A model generated the notes under the pieces. The model had not been told where the DNA came from, did no database searches, and worked only from the letters and a program-made list of their open reading frames with translations. This document shows, in pieces, positions 47,325-57,545 of a DNA stretch of 64,000 nucleotides. How positions within the stretch are numbered: the first letter of the stretch is position 1; each line of letters opens with the position of its first letter. Both the position numbers and the translations under genes were made by a program. This stretch comes from Longimicrobiales bacterium (GTDB lineage: Bacteria > Gemmatimonadota > Gemmatimonadetes > Longimicrobiales > Gaopeijiaceae): NCBI GenBank assembly GCA_965116905.1, contig OZ220732.1:2432001-2496000 (forward strand), in the 5' to 3' direction.

Positions 47325-48779
47325 CTAGCGCGGGCTCGTCGCCACCGGCTCGAAGGCCTTGAGCACCTCGCGCGTCATGTCCCAGCGGTCGAATCCCTGG
47401 CGGCCGTAGTCCAGGCCGCGGCGGACGATGACCACGTCGTGCGAGGGCACCACGACCACGAACTGACCGCGGTTGCCGGCCGTGGAATAGGCGTCGGACG
47501 GGACATCGGTGCGGTCGTCCGGGACCAGCCAGAACTGGCCGCCGTAGAAGTTGCCCGTCTCGGATGTGGCGGGCGCCGGGGTCCGCACGAAGTCGATCCA
47601 CGCCTCCGACACGAGCCGCTCGCCCTTCCACACCCCGTTCTGGGCATAGAGCATCCCGAAGCGGGCGAGGTCGCGGGCCGTCGTGTAGACCTGGCTGCTG
47701 AGGATGAAGTCGCCGAAGCGGTCGGTGCTGAGGAGCGTGCTCCGCATGCCGAGCTTGTCGAGGAGGCGTTTTCGCGGGAATTCGAGATAGTCCTGCGCGT
47801 CCCCGATCATCAGCTTCATCGCGTAGACCCCGAGCAGGGTGTCGTAGTTCTCGTAGTCCCAGAAGGTGCCGGGCTGGCGCATGAGCGAGCGGTTGCGCGC
47901 CCCGTCGACCGAACTCGCGCCGGCCCAGTAGGAGAAGCCCGAGCCGGTCGCGTATTCCATGCCCCAGCTGTCCACGGGGTAGAGGCCGCTGGACATGTTG
48001 AGGACGTGGCGGAGGGTGATCTGGCGCCGGGGATCCGTCTCGGCGGAGCCGGCGTTGCCCGGCAGCCAGTCGAAGGGGAGGGGATCGTCGAGCGCCAGCT
48101 TGCCCTCGTCGACGAGCATGCCGATCAGGGTCACGGCGATGCTCTTCGCGGTCGACCAGGTGCGGGTCTTTGTGGACACGTTGACGCCGGGGGCGTAGCG
48201 CTCGTGAATGATCCGGCCGTCGTGCACCACGATCAGGCTGAGGGTCACCTGCTCCGGCGACTCGCGGTCGAAGGCCCAGTCGGAGGCGTCCTGGAGGGCG
48301 GCCGGATCGATGCCGGCCGAGAGTGGCCGATCGTCGATGAGGTCGCCATCCGGCCAGGGCATGCTGGAGGGATCGCCTGCTGGCGGCGGGGTCTCCAGGA
48401 CGGGCAGGTCGTCGATGTCATCGAACGTCTGATCCGGCGACATGATCACGCACCCGATCCCCTCGCGGAACGCGGCCCTCATGGTCGGGATTGCGCCGGC
48501 TGCCCCGATCGCGACCGCCTTCCTCTCCCAGTCGACGACGTAGTCCCCGCCCTCGGCGGTCCCGACGGGATTCGCGAGGTAGGCCAGTTCCTGGTCGAAC
48601 ACCTGCTCCGGCGTCCGGTCGCTCGTGAAGAGGCCGTTGCACTGCAGGATGGCCTGCACACCGCGCTGGATCATCTCCCGCTGGGGCGCGAAGTAGTCGT
48701 AGGAGCGCTCCTGCTGGCCGTGCGCGGCCGTTGGCGGGAGGAGGACGAGCGCGATGGCGGCGGCGGTGAGGCGGTTCAT
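47325..48779 (-). CDS. secreted serine hydrolase, beta-lactamase (class C-like) family
   Basis: Signal peptide, SxxK (WSTAKS), LRHVLNMSSGL, YxN (YEN), ARDLARFG. Confidence 0.9.
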   Translation of the reverse strand: MNRLTAAAIALVLLPPTAAHGQQERSYDYFAPQREMIQRGVQAILQCNGLFTSDRTPEQVFDQELAYLANPVGTAEGGDYVVDWERKAVAIGAAGAIPTMRAAFREGIGCVIMSPDQTFDDIDDLPVLETPPPAGDPSSMPWPDGDLIDDRPLSAGIDPAALQDASDWAFDRESPEQVTLSLIVVHDGRIIHERYAPGVNVSTKTRTWSTAKSIAVTLIGMLVDEGKLALDDPLPFDWLPGNAGSAETDPRRQITLRHVLNMSSGLYPVDSWGMEYATGSGFSYWAGASSVDGARNRSLMRQPGTFWDYENYDTLLGVYAMKLMIGDAQDYLEFPRKRLLDKLGMRSTLLSTDRFGDFILSSQVYTTARDLARFGMLYAQNGVWKGERLVSEAWIDFVRTPAPATSETGNFYGGQFWLVPDDRTDVPSDAYSTAGNRGQFVVVVPSHDVVIVRRGLDYGRQGFDRWDMTREVLKAFEPVATSPR

Positions 48780-48865
48780 GACTTTCCTTCGCGGTGGGCG
48801 GTACGGATCGGATCGGCTTCAACATGCACCGTGCGAGTCGCCCGGCCAAGGCGGTATCTTTCCGC

Positions 48866-49597
48866 ATGCTGATCAACTGCGACATGGGCGAGAGCTACGG
48901 CCCCTGGGAGAAGGGGGCCGACGCTGCCGTGATGCCGCTCATCGACTGGGCCAACATCGCGTGTGGCGGCCATGCGGGGGACCCGGACACGATGGCGCGC
49001 ACGCTGACGCTGGCGGCCGAGCACGGCGTGCAGGCGGGTGCGCATCCGGGCTATCCCGACCGCCGCAACTTCGGGCGCCTGCGGCTGGACTGGCCGCTCG
49101 ATTCGCTCGTGCTCGAGATCCAGGCGCAGATCGGGGCGCTGCAGGCGGTTGCGGCCGCGGTGGGGACGGGACTGCGTCACGTCAAGCCGCACGGGGCCCT
49201 GTACCTGGCGATGATGAACGACGACCGGCTGCTCACGCGCCTGGCCGAAGGCGTGGCCGCCGTGGATCCGTCGCTGACGTTCGTCCTGCAGGCGACGCCG
49301 GATCGCGGACGGCACGCGGCGATGCTCGAGCACACGGGACTGCCGCTGGCGTTCGAGGCGTTTGCCGACCGAGCCTACGCGGCCGACGGGCGGCTTCAGT
49401 CGCGATCGCTGCCGGGAGCGGTCCTCACCGACCACGGCGCGGTCGCGAGGCACGTCGCGAACCTGGTCGACGGCTTTGCGGAGACGCCGGCGGGAAGGCT
49501 GCCGGTCGTAGCCGAGACGTTGTGCGTCCATGGCGACAACCCGTCGGCACCGGAGGCCTTGCGCCGCATCCGTGAGCTGGTGCCACGCCGCGCGTGA
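48866..49597 (+). CDS. pxpA: 5-oxoprolinase subunit A (LamB/YcsF)
   Basis: INCDMGESYG, ANIACGGHAGD, GAHPGYPD, HVKPHGALY, EAFADRAY, CVHGD. Confidence 0.93.
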   Translation: MLINCDMGESYGPWEKGADAAVMPLIDWANIACGGHAGDPDTMARTLTLAAEHGVQAGAHPGYPDRRNFGRLRLDWPLDSLVLEIQAQIGALQAVAAAVGTGLRHVKPHGALYLAMMNDDRLLTRLAEGVAAVDPSLTFVLQATPDRGRHAAMLEHTGLPLAFEAFADRAYAADGRLQSRSLPGAVLTDHGAVARHVANLVDGFAETPAGRLPVVAETLCVHGDNPSAPEALRRIRELVPRRA

Positions 49598-50265
49598 TCA
49601 CCTTTCCGGGCCCAATCAGCGCCCTGGTCACTCTGCCGGTGCCCGCCGACCGGGAGGGGATCGCGCGCGTGGTTGGCCTGGAGCGGCTGGCCCGCGACGC
49701 GCTGCCGGATGTGCGCGCAACCATCCCGGCGTTCAACCGGTTGCTGGTCGAGGGCTCGCCGGACACGTGGGATCCGGCAGAGGTCGAGGCCCGGCTGTCG
49801 GCGGCGGCGAAGGAATGCATGCTGCGGGTGCCCGAGATGGAGGCGACGGATCTCGTTTCGCTGCCGGTGTGCTACGACCCGGAGCTGGCTCCGGACCTCG
49901 AGGATGTGGCGGCGAGCGCGGGCATGAGCGCGGAGGAGCTCGCCAGCCTCCATGGCGGGACCGCGTATACCGTGCTGGCGACCGGGTTCGCCCCGGGGTT
50001 CGCATACCTGGGGGACCTGGATGCCGGGATTGCCATGCCTCGTCTTGCCACGCCCCGCCGGCGGGTCGAAGCGGGCTCGGTCGGGATCGCGGATCGGCGC
50101 ACGGGCATCTACCCCGCGGCGGGCCCGGGCGGCTGGCGCATCGTCGGCCGGGTGCCGGAGCCGTTTTTCTCGGACCCCACGGAGCGGATCTCCCGCTTCC
50201 GGCCGGGCGGCACGGTCGAGTTTCGCGCGATCAGTCGTGACGCCTACGAGGCGCACTGCGGATGA
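49594..50265 (+). CDS. pxpB: 5-oxoprolinase subunit B (allophanate hydrolase subunit 1-like)
   Basis: LPVCY, GFAPGFAYLG, PR..V.AGSVGIA..TGIYP...PGGW.IVGR. Confidence 0.9.
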   Translation: MITFPGPISALVTLPVPADREGIARVVGLERLARDALPDVRATIPAFNRLLVEGSPDTWDPAEVEARLSAAAKECMLRVPEMEATDLVSLPVCYDPELAPDLEDVAASAGMSAEELASLHGGTAYTVLATGFAPGFAYLGDLDAGIAMPRLATPRRRVEAGSVGIADRRTGIYPAAGPGGWRIVGRVPEPFFSDPTERISRFRPGGTVEFRAISRDAYEAHCG

Positions 50266-50290
50266 GTGCGCACTGCGGATGAGTGCGCAC
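50251..50290. repeat. 17-bp tandem duplication spanning the pxpB stop / pxpC start
   Basis: GCGCACTGCGGATGAGT x2 plus GCGCAC. Confidence 0.9.
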
Positions 50291-51235
50291 GGCGTAGTGG
50301 AGCGCCCCGGACCGTTTTGCACGATTCAGGATCTGGGGAGACGGGCCGGCCGCCGCGCCGGGCTTGCCCCCGGGGGCGCCATGGACCAGCGGGCATACCT
50401 GTGGGCCAACCGGCTCCTGGGGAACGACCCGGCGGCGGCCGCGCTCGAGATCACGCTGGGGGGGCTCGCCCTGCGCTTTGCCGCCGATACCGTTGTCGCG
50501 ATCACCGGGGTGTGTCATGCGGCCACGCTGGACGGCGTCGAGACGGGCGCGTGGCGCACCGTGCGGGCGCGGGCCGGGCAGGTGCTCCGCCTCGGCTACG
50601 GACCGGTGGGCATGCGCGCCTATGTGGCCTTCCCCGGCGGCCTGGATTCCGCCACCGCGTTCGGCTCGGCGTCGGCCGTGGGGCGTGACGGGCTGCCCGG
50701 TCTGCTCGGCCGAAGCCTCCGGCCCGGCGAGCCGCTGCGCTGGCACGCACCCGACTTTCAGTGCCCCGTGCGGCGCGTACCCGACGCACTGATCCCGCCG
50801 CCCCCGGATTCGCTGAACTTGCCGCTGGTCGCCGGCTACGAGTGGGCGGAGTTCTCGCGTGCAGACCGGGACCGCATGCTCGACGCGACCTGGACCATCG
50901 ACCCCGCGAGCGACCGCACGGCGACCCGCCTGGCCGGTCCCGCGCTCACCACGGGTCCGCGCGTCCTCGACTCGACGCCCCTCGTGGACGGCACGGTTCA
51001 GGTCACCGGCGACGGCCTGCCGCTGGTGTTCATGCGGGACCGCCCGACGATCGGCGGCTACGCCAAGCTCGGTTCCGTCGACCCGATCGCTCTCGACGCG
51101 CTCGCCCAGGCCCGGCCCGGGACGTCTGTCGGCTTTGCCCGGGCCGAACCCGGCGTGCTGCGCGCCGCGCTCGCCCGGCGCGAGTCGTTTTTCCGAATCA
51201 CGTCTTGCCCCGGCACCCCCGTTTCCGCACCTTAG
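50279..51235 (+). CDS. pxpC: 5-oxoprolinase subunit C (allophanate hydrolase subunit 2-like)
   Basis: TIQDLGR, GAMD..A..WANRLLGN, LEITLGG, GTVQV..DG.P.VFMRDRPTIGGYAK. Confidence 0.9.
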   Translation: MSAHGVVERPGPFCTIQDLGRRAGRRAGLAPGGAMDQRAYLWANRLLGNDPAAAALEITLGGLALRFAADTVVAITGVCHAATLDGVETGAWRTVRARAGQVLRLGYGPVGMRAYVAFPGGLDSATAFGSASAVGRDGLPGLLGRSLRPGEPLRWHAPDFQCPVRRVPDALIPPPPDSLNLPLVAGYEWAEFSRADRDRMLDATWTIDPASDRTATRLAGPALTTGPRVLDSTPLVDGTVQVTGDGLPLVFMRDRPTIGGYAKLGSVDPIALDALAQARPGTSVGFARAEPGVLRAALARRESFFRITSCPGTPVSAP

Positions 51236-51335
51236 TCCGGCCCCGGAAAAGGCGCTCCCCGCCCGGCGCGCGTCGTCGGCCTCTTCCGCGGCTGCCGAAT
51301 ACGCCCACCGCGATTTCGAAGGGAGCCGGTCACAG

Positions 51336-51449
51336 ATGACCACCGCCACCTGGATCACCATGATCGTGATCATGGCGTTCGTGTGGGGAGGCCTCACCGT
51401 GGCCCTCCGTACCGCGGTCCGGAAGGAATCCGCCAAGAGCGCCGACTAG
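51336..51449 (+). CDS. 37-aa single-TM protein, MetS-like NSS transporter small subunit
   Basis: [31 protein letters not shown] with GGGAG RBS; the M...VWGG pattern is typical of NSS small subunits. Confidence 0.75.
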   Translation: MTTATWITMIVIMAFVWGGLTVALRTAVRKESAKSAD

Positions 51450-51468
51450 CCGACGGTGCACGGAATCA

Positions 51469-54400
51469 TTGCCTAAACGGACAGACATCGACTCGATCCT
51501 GATCCTGGGGTCGGGTCCCATCGTGATCGGGCAGGCCTGCGAATTCGACTATTCCGGCACGCAGGCTGTGCGCGCGCTCAAGGAGGAGGGCTACCGGGTC
51601 GTCCTGGTCAACTCCAATCCGGCGACGATCATGACGGACCCGGACCTCGCCGACCGGACCTATATCGAGCCGCTGACGCCCGAGTGGGTCGAACGGGTGA
51701 TCGAACGCGAGAAGCCGGACGCGCTGCTGCCCACGATGGGGGGACAGACCGCCCTCAACATCGCGATGGACCTGCACCGGAAGGGCGTGCTGGCGGCGCA
51801 CGGTGTCGAGCTGATCGGGGCTGACGAGCGCTCGATCGTGATGGCCGAAGACCGGGAGGAGTTCACGGCCGCCATGAACAGGATAGGGCTGGCCGTGCCG
51901 CACGGCGGCTTCGCGCGCAGCATCGACGACGCGCTCCGGATCATCGAGGACACCGGCTATCCCGCGATCATCCGGCCGTCCTTCACCCTCGGGGGCACGG
52001 GCGGCGGTACCGCCTACAACCTCGGCGAGTTCGAGGCCCAGGTGCGCAGGGGGCTCGACGCGAGCCCCATCACCGAGGTGCTGATCGACCGCTCGGTGAT
52101 CGGGTGGAAGGAGTACGAGCTGGAGGTCGTGCGGGACGGCGTCGACAACGTGATCATCGTGTGCTCGATCGAGAACTTCGACGCGATGGGGGTGCACACG
52201 GGCGACTCGATCACGGTGGCGCCCGCGCAAACGCTCTCCGACGTGGAGTACCAGCGCATGCGCGACGCCGCGATCGCGATCATCCGGGAGATCGGCGTCG
52301 AGGCGGGCGGCTGCAACATCCAGTTCGCGGTGAACCCCGAGGACGGCGAGATGCTGGTGGTCGAGATGAACCCCCGCGTGTCGCGCTCCTCGGCGCTGGC
52401 GTCCAAGGCCACAGGTTTTCCCATCGCGCGCGTGGGCGCGAAGCTGGCGGTGGGGTATCATCTCTACGAGCTCCCCAACGACATCACGAAGACGACGCCG
52501 GCGTCCTTCGAGCCCGCGCTCGACTACGTGGTCGTGAAGTTCCCGCGCTTCGCGTTCGAGAAGTTCCCGGACGTGGACGACACGCTGGGCGTGCAGATGA
52601 AGGCCGTCGGCGAGACGATGGCGATCGGGCGCACGTTCCGCAGCGCGTGGCAGAAGGGGCTGAGGGGGATGGAGGTGGGGCGCGTCGGCTGGGTCACGGG
52701 CGGGACCCCGGGCGACGACGGACTCGATTCGGACGATCCGGAGGCACTGCTTGCCGCCGTCCGCAGACCCACCACGTTCCGGAAGTACCAGCTGAAGCGC
52801 GCACTCGAGGCCGGCATTTCGGTCGAGCGCCTGCACCGCGCGACCGGGATCGACCCGTGGTTCCTGGACCAGCTGACCGAGATCCTCGAGGTGGAACGCT
52901 GGTTCGCGGCCCTGCCGTCCCTCGATGCGGCCTCGCTCCGGCGCATGAAGCGCGAGGGGTTCGCGGACGCGCAGCTGGCGGCGCTGCGTGGGGTGGACGA
53001 GGCCGCCATACGCTCGCAGCGCTGGGAGTGGGGGATCCGTCCCACGTACAACGTCGTCGACACCTGCGCGGGAGAGTTCCCCGCGGCGACGCCCTACTAC
53101 TACTCCTCCTATGAATCCGAGGATGAATCCGACCCCACCGATGCGCGCAAGATCGTCATCCTGGGCAGCGGGCCGAACCGGATCGGGCAGGGGATCGAGT
53201 TCGACTACTGCTGCGTGCAGGCGGTGCTGGCGCTCAAGGAAGCCGGCTTCGAGACGATCATGGTGAACTCCAACCCGGAGACCGTGTCGACCGACTTCGA
53301 CGTGAGCGACAAGCTCTACTTCGAGCCGCTGACGCTGGAGGACGTGGTCGAGATCGTGGAGCGGGAACGGCCCGTGGGAGTGATCGTGCAGCTCGGCGGC
53401 CAGACGCCGCTGAATCTGGCGCGTCCGCTGGAGGAGCTGGGGGTGCCCATCCTGGGGACTTCGGTCGACGCGATCGACCGCGCCGAGGACCGCCGGCGAT
53501 TCGAGGAGGTGTGCCGGCGGATCGAGGCCCGCGTGCCCGCCAACGGCACCGCGATGAGCGTAGACGAGGCCCTTGCGATCGCGCGGGAGATCGGTTTTCC
53601 CGTGCTGGTGCGGCCGTCGTACGTGCTGGGCGGGCGCGCGATGGAGATCGTGTACGACGAAGCGTCGCTCAAGGACTACTTCGCGCGGGCCGTCAAGGCG
53701 TCGCCGGACCACCCGGTGCTCATCGACCGCTTCCTCGAGGACGCCTTCGAGGCCGACGTGGACGCACTCTCCGACGGGACCGACGTCGTGATCGGCGGGA
53801 TCATGCAGCACATCGAGGACGCGGGGGTCCACTCCGGCGACTCGGCATGCGTGCTGCCGCCCTACCTCCTCGGGCGCGCCGAGCTGGACGAGATGCGGCG
53901 CCTGACGAGGCGTTTTGCGCTGGAGCTGGGCGTGGTGGGGCTCCTCAACGTCCAGTACGCGGTCAGGGACGGGCAGGTGTATGTGCTGGAGGTCAACCCG
54001 CGGGCGTCGCGTACCGTTCCGTTCGTGGGCAAGGCCACCGGCGTGCCGCTGGCGCGGCTGGCCGCCCGCCTGATGGCCGGCGAGAGGCTTGCGGATCTGA
54101 ACGTGCCTTCGGAGCCGGAGGTGAACGGAGTCGCCGTCAAGGAGGCGGTGTTCCCGTTCAACCGTTTCGACGTGGACACGCTCCTCGGACCCGAAATGCG
54201 CTCGACGGGCGAGGCCATGGGCGTGGACGACTCCTTCGGGATGGCCTTCGCCAAGGCGCAGGTGTCGGCGGGGAACCGTCTGCCCGAGGGGGTCGACGAA
54301 CTCTCGGTCATCGTGACCGTGAACGATGGCGACAAGCCCACGGTCACGCCGCTTGTGCGCCGCCTGGCCGACCTGGGCTTCGCGGTCTACGCGACGAGCG

Positions 54401-54726
54401 GAACGCGCAACCATCTCAATCAGCTCGGCATCCCGTGCGAGCGCATCTACAAGGTCGGCGAGGGCCGGCCCCACATCGTGGACCGCATCGTGAGCGGACG
54501 GGTGGCCCTGCTGATCAACACGCCGCTGGGCAAGAAGTCCCAGTACGACGACTATGCCATGCGGCGCGCGGCGATCGCGTACGGCGTGCCGTATCTGACA
54601 ACCATGTCGGCGACGAGCGCGGCGGTCGACGCGGTGACCGCGCAGCGCACCCGGCGGCCCGAGATCCTGAGCATCCAGGAGCGCATTGCGGGCAAGGCGG
54701 CCCTTGCGGGCGCCTCGGCGACATAG
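51469..54726 (+). CDS. carB: carbamoyl-phosphate synthase large subunit
   Basis: [28 protein letters not shown], two ATP-grasp domains and an MGS domain. TTG start. Confidence 0.98.
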   Translation: MPKRTDIDSILILGSGPIVIGQACEFDYSGTQAVRALKEEGYRVVLVNSNPATIMTDPDLADRTYIEPLTPEWVERVIEREKPDALLPTMGGQTALNIAMDLHRKGVLAAHGVELIGADERSIVMAEDREEFTAAMNRIGLAVPHGGFARSIDDALRIIEDTGYPAIIRPSFTLGGTGGGTAYNLGEFEAQVRRGLDASPITEVLIDRSVIGWKEYELEVVRDGVDNVIIVCSIENFDAMGVHTGDSITVAPAQTLSDVEYQRMRDAAIAIIREIGVEAGGCNIQFAVNPEDGEMLVVEMNPRVSRSSALASKATGFPIARVGAKLAVGYHLYELPNDITKTTPASFEPALDYVVVKFPRFAFEKFPDVDDTLGVQMKAVGETMAIGRTFRSAWQKGLRGMEVGRVGWVTGGTPGDDGLDSDDPEALLAAVRRPTTFRKYQLKRALEAGISVERLHRATGIDPWFLDQLTEILEVERWFAALPSLDAASLRRMKREGFADAQLAALRGVDEAAIRSQRWEWGIRPTYNVVDTCAGEFPAATPYYYSSYESEDESDPTDARKIVILGSGPNRIGQGIEFDYCCVQAVLALKEAGFETIMVNSNPETVSTDFDVSDKLYFEPLTLEDVVEIVERERPVGVIVQLGGQTPLNLARPLEELGVPILGTSVDAIDRAEDRRRFEEVCRRIEARVPANGTAMSVDEALAIAREIGFPVLVRPSYVLGGRAMEIVYDEASLKDYFARAVKASPDHPVLIDRFLEDAFEADVDALSDGTDVVIGGIMQHIEDAGVHSGDSACVLPPYLLGRAELDEMRRLTRRFALELGVVGLLNVQYAVRDGQVYVLEVNPRASRTVPFVGKATGVPLARLAARLMAGERLADLNVPSEPEVNGVAVKEAVFPFNRFDVDTLLGPEMRSTGEAMGVDDSFGMAFAKAQVSAGNRLPEGVDELSVIVTVNDGDKPTVTPLVRRLADLGFAVYATSGTRNHLNQLGIPCERIYKVGEGRPHIVDRIVSGRVALLINTPLGKKSQYDDYAMRRAAIAYGVPYLTTMSATSAAVDAVTAQRTRRPEILSIQERIAGKAALAGASAT

Positions 54727-54730
54727 CGCA

Positions 54731-55744
54731 GTGTCGACGGCCTTCCTCATGCATGCCGCGGCCGTGCTGCACGACACCGGATGGGGGCACCCGGAACACC
54801 AGGGACGCCTGCGCGCGGTGGCGTCCGCCGTGAAGAACGACCTGGTCGCGCTGCACGGGCGCGTCGAGCAGGTCGCGCCGGATGCGGCCCGTGAAGAGGA
54901 CCTGAGGCTCGTGCACAGCGACGCGCTGATCGACCAGGTGAGCGGTGCGGTGCGGACGGCGCGGGAACGCGGGCGCGTGGGTTCGCTCGACCCGGACACC
55001 CGGCTTTCGGGTGCTTCCTGGGAGGCGGCCCTGGGCACCGTTGGCGCGGGTCTCGAAGCTGCGAGCGGCGTCGCCGAGGGGCGCTTCCGAAACGCGTTTG
55101 TGGCGGCGCGGCCCCCGGGACACCACGCCACGCCGGAGCGCGCGATGGGGTTCTGCCTGTTCAACAACATTGCAATCGCGGCGGCGGCACTGCGGGCGCG
55201 GGGGCTCGCACGCCGGGTGCTGATCGTGGACTGGGACGTGCACCATGGAAACGGCACGCAGGACGCCTTCTACGATGATCCCAACGTTTTCTTCCTGTCC
55301 CTGCACCAGTATCCGCATTACCCGGGTACGGGTGCGGCGGACGAGACCGGCAGCGGCGCCGGGGAGGGCTTCACGCTGAACGTGCCCCTGGCGCTGGCCA
55401 CGCCGCGGCGGGACTACCACGAGGTCTTCCGGCTGGCTCTTGAGACGGCGGTGGACCGAAGCACACCGGACTTCATCCTGGTTTCGTCCGGTTTCGACGT
55501 GCTCGCGGGCGACCCGCTGGGGGGCCAGCTTCTCGAACCCGGGGACCTCCACGGGATGACGAGGCAGGTCATGGATGCCGCGGACCGCTGTTGCGGCGGC
55601 CGTGTCGTGGTATTCTTGGAGGGTGGATACGACCCGGAGCGCACGGGGGAGGGGTGTGTGGCGGTGCTCCGTGCCCTCGCCGGGGTCGGGATGGACGGGG
55701 CTGCGATGGACGGGGTCGCGATGGACGGAGGCAGTGACGCATGA
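54731..55744 (+). CDS. histone deacetylase family (AcuC/AphA-like) amidohydrolase
   Basis: HPE, RPPGHHA, GFCLFNN, DWDVHHGNGTQ, SSGFD, LEGGY. Confidence 0.93.
   Translation: MSTAFLMHAAAVLHDTGWGHPEHQGRLRAVASAVKNDLVALHGRVEQVAPDAAREEDLRLVHSDALIDQVSGAVRTARERGRVGSLDPDTRLSGASWEAALGTVGAGLEAASGVAEGRFRNAFVAARPPGHHATPERAMGFCLFNNIAIAAAALRARGLARRVLIVDWDVHHGNGTQDAFYDDPNVFFLSLHQYPHYPGTGAADETGSGAGEGFTLNVPLALATPRRDYHEVFRLALETAVDRSTPDFILVSSGFDVLAGDPLGGQLLEPGDLHGMTRQVMDAADRCCGGRVVVFLEGGYDPERTGEGCVAVLRALAGVGMDGAAMDGVAMDGGSDA
55681..55728. repeat. 15-bp tandem repeat x3 at the HDAC 3' end
   Basis: CGGGGNNGNGATGGA units encoding GVGMD-GAAMD-GVAMD. Confidence 0.8.
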
Positions 55745-56304
55745 ACGCGCGCTCGGAAAGGGAAGTTCGGCGGATGGGGGCCGGGCACAGGGTTGCCGGG
55801 CACAGGGTCGCCCTCGTGGCGGCGTGGCTGGCGGCGGCTCTCCCCGTCGCGGCGGCTTTGCTCGGCCCCTCCGCTGCCTTCGCCCAGGAAAGCGAGGCCC
55901 ACCAGTACCACCCGGCCGCCGAGGAGGCGATCTCGAAGATCCGCTCGCCCTTCTGTCCCGGACAGACCCTGGAGATCTGCCCATCGTGGCAGGCCGAGGT
56001 CCTGCGCGACAGCATCGACGAGTGGGCGTCGAGCGGCCTGACCGCCGACAGCCTCATCGAACTTGTGGTCGCTACTCACGGCGAGGAGTACCGCGGCTTC
56101 CCCCAGCGGAGCGGCACCGGACTTCTGGCGTGGGTCATGCCTCCGGCCGCGCTGGTCCTGGGGTTGGGGCTGGTCGTGCTGGCGTTGCGCCGTCTGAGGG
56201 GTCCCGCGAGGCCGGCGGTCGAGCAGAGCGGCCTTACGGAGCAGGAGAGGGAGCAGCTCGACACCGCCCTCGCCGAACTTGAAGCCATGGAGGATGCTGA
56301 ATGA
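55741..56304 (+). CDS. ccmH: cytochrome c-type biogenesis CcmH-like protein (variant cysteine motif)
   Basis: Signal peptide, IRSPFCPGQTLEICPS..A..LRD.I, HGE, LLAWVMP plus TM helix. Confidence 0.7.
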   Translation: MNARSEREVRRMGAGHRVAGHRVALVAAWLAAALPVAAALLGPSAAFAQESEAHQYHPAAEEAISKIRSPFCPGQTLEICPSWQAEVLRDSIDEWASSGLTADSLIELVVATHGEEYRGFPQRSGTGLLAWVMPPAALVLGLGLVVLALRRLRGPARPAVEQSGLTEQEREQLDTALAELEAMEDAE

Positions 56305-57518
56305 GCAGGGCCCCAACGGACGTCTCCGGCGCGCGGCTGGCGTCTGCCGCGGGTGTTGCCGAGGTCCAGGACGCGCTCAGGGAGCGCGGCTTCGACGCCT
56401 GGCTGATCTACGACTTCAAGGACCGCAACCCGATCGGGCGCTCCCTGCTCGGCCTGGAGTGGACCACCCGTCGCGGCTTCGCCCTCATCCCGGCGGAGGG
56501 ATCGCCGCGCCTCCTGATCCACGCGATCGAGCACTCCTCATGGCGCCACCTCGACTGGCCCAGGCGAAGCTATGCGAGCCGCCAGGGCATGGAGAGCGAG
56601 CTGCGCGAACTGCTCAGCGGGCATTCCCGGGTGGCCACCGAGACGTCGCCGCGCAGCAACGTCCCGTACCTCGACCTGCTCCCGGCCGGCATCCGCGACG
56701 TGATCCTGGACACGGGCGTCGAACTCCACAGTTCCGGCGACCTGGTTTCGACCTTCTACGCCGTGTGGACCCCGGAGCAGCGCGAGGAGCACGGCCGCGC
56801 GTCGGAGATCGTCAAGACGGTGGCGCGGGACGCGTTCGCGCGCGCGGCCAGCCATGTGGTGCAGGGCCGACGCATCACGGAGGGCGCGCTCGCCACCTGG
56901 ATCCGGCACGAGCTGAGGCGGCGGGGCCTGCCCGACCAGACCGACTGCATCGTCGCGATCGGTCCCAGAGCCGCCGATCCCCACTACGATCCGGGCGAGG
57001 TGGGCGAGAACATCAGCGCCGGCGACCTCCTGCTCATCGACCTGTGGGGCGCATTCCACGAGGGCTCCGTGCCCGCCGACCAGACCTGGATGGGGTTCCT
57101 CGGCGCCGAACTGCCGCCGCGCATCGGTGAGCTGTGGACCGCGGTCAAGGCCGCGCGCGACGGCGTCGTACGCTCGTTGCGGGAACGCCACGCGCGGGGC
57201 GAGACGATCCGCGGCTTCGAGGCCGACGACGTGGCCCGCAAGATCATCGGCGATGCGGGATACGGGGAGTACTTCATCCACCGCACCGGCCACTCGATCG
57301 ACCGCGACATCCACGGGCGTGGCCCCAATCTCGACAATCTCGAGACGCGAGACGACCGCGTGCTGGTGCCCGGTGTGGGGTTTTCGGTGGAGCCCGGCAT
57401 CTACATCGCCGGAGACGTGGGTCTGCGGACCGAGATCAACGTCCACATGGGTCCGAACGGCCCGGAGGTCACGGTCGAGAAGCCCCAGCAGGACATCTTC
57501 CTGCTCCTGGACGGCTGA
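56301..57518 (+). CDS. M24 family metallopeptidase (Xaa-Pro aminopeptidase-like)
   Basis: PHY, LLIDLW, ADQTW, HRTGHSI, FSVEPGIY, GLRTE. Confidence 0.9.
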   Translation: MSRAPTDVSGARLASAAGVAEVQDALRERGFDAWLIYDFKDRNPIGRSLLGLEWTTRRGFALIPAEGSPRLLIHAIEHSSWRHLDWPRRSYASRQGMESELRELLSGHSRVATETSPRSNVPYLDLLPAGIRDVILDTGVELHSSGDLVSTFYAVWTPEQREEHGRASEIVKTVARDAFARAASHVVQGRRITEGALATWIRHELRRRGLPDQTDCIVAIGPRAADPHYDPGEVGENISAGDLLLIDLWGAFHEGSVPADQTWMGFLGAELPPRIGELWTAVKAARDGVVRSLRERHARGETIRGFEADDVARKIIGDAGYGEYFIHRTGHSIDRDIHGRGPNLDNLETRDDRVLVPGVGFSVEPGIYIAGDVGLRTEINVHMGPNGPEVTVEKPQQDIFLLLDG

Positions 57519-57545
57519 TCGCCGGCCCTGCCGGGGAGGGGCCGC

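Noticed and set aside
51466..55257. 1263-aa minus-strand ORF
   Set aside because: Antisense shadow of carB and the HDAC gene; Arg/Ala/His-rich with no motifs, typical of high-GC codon bias.
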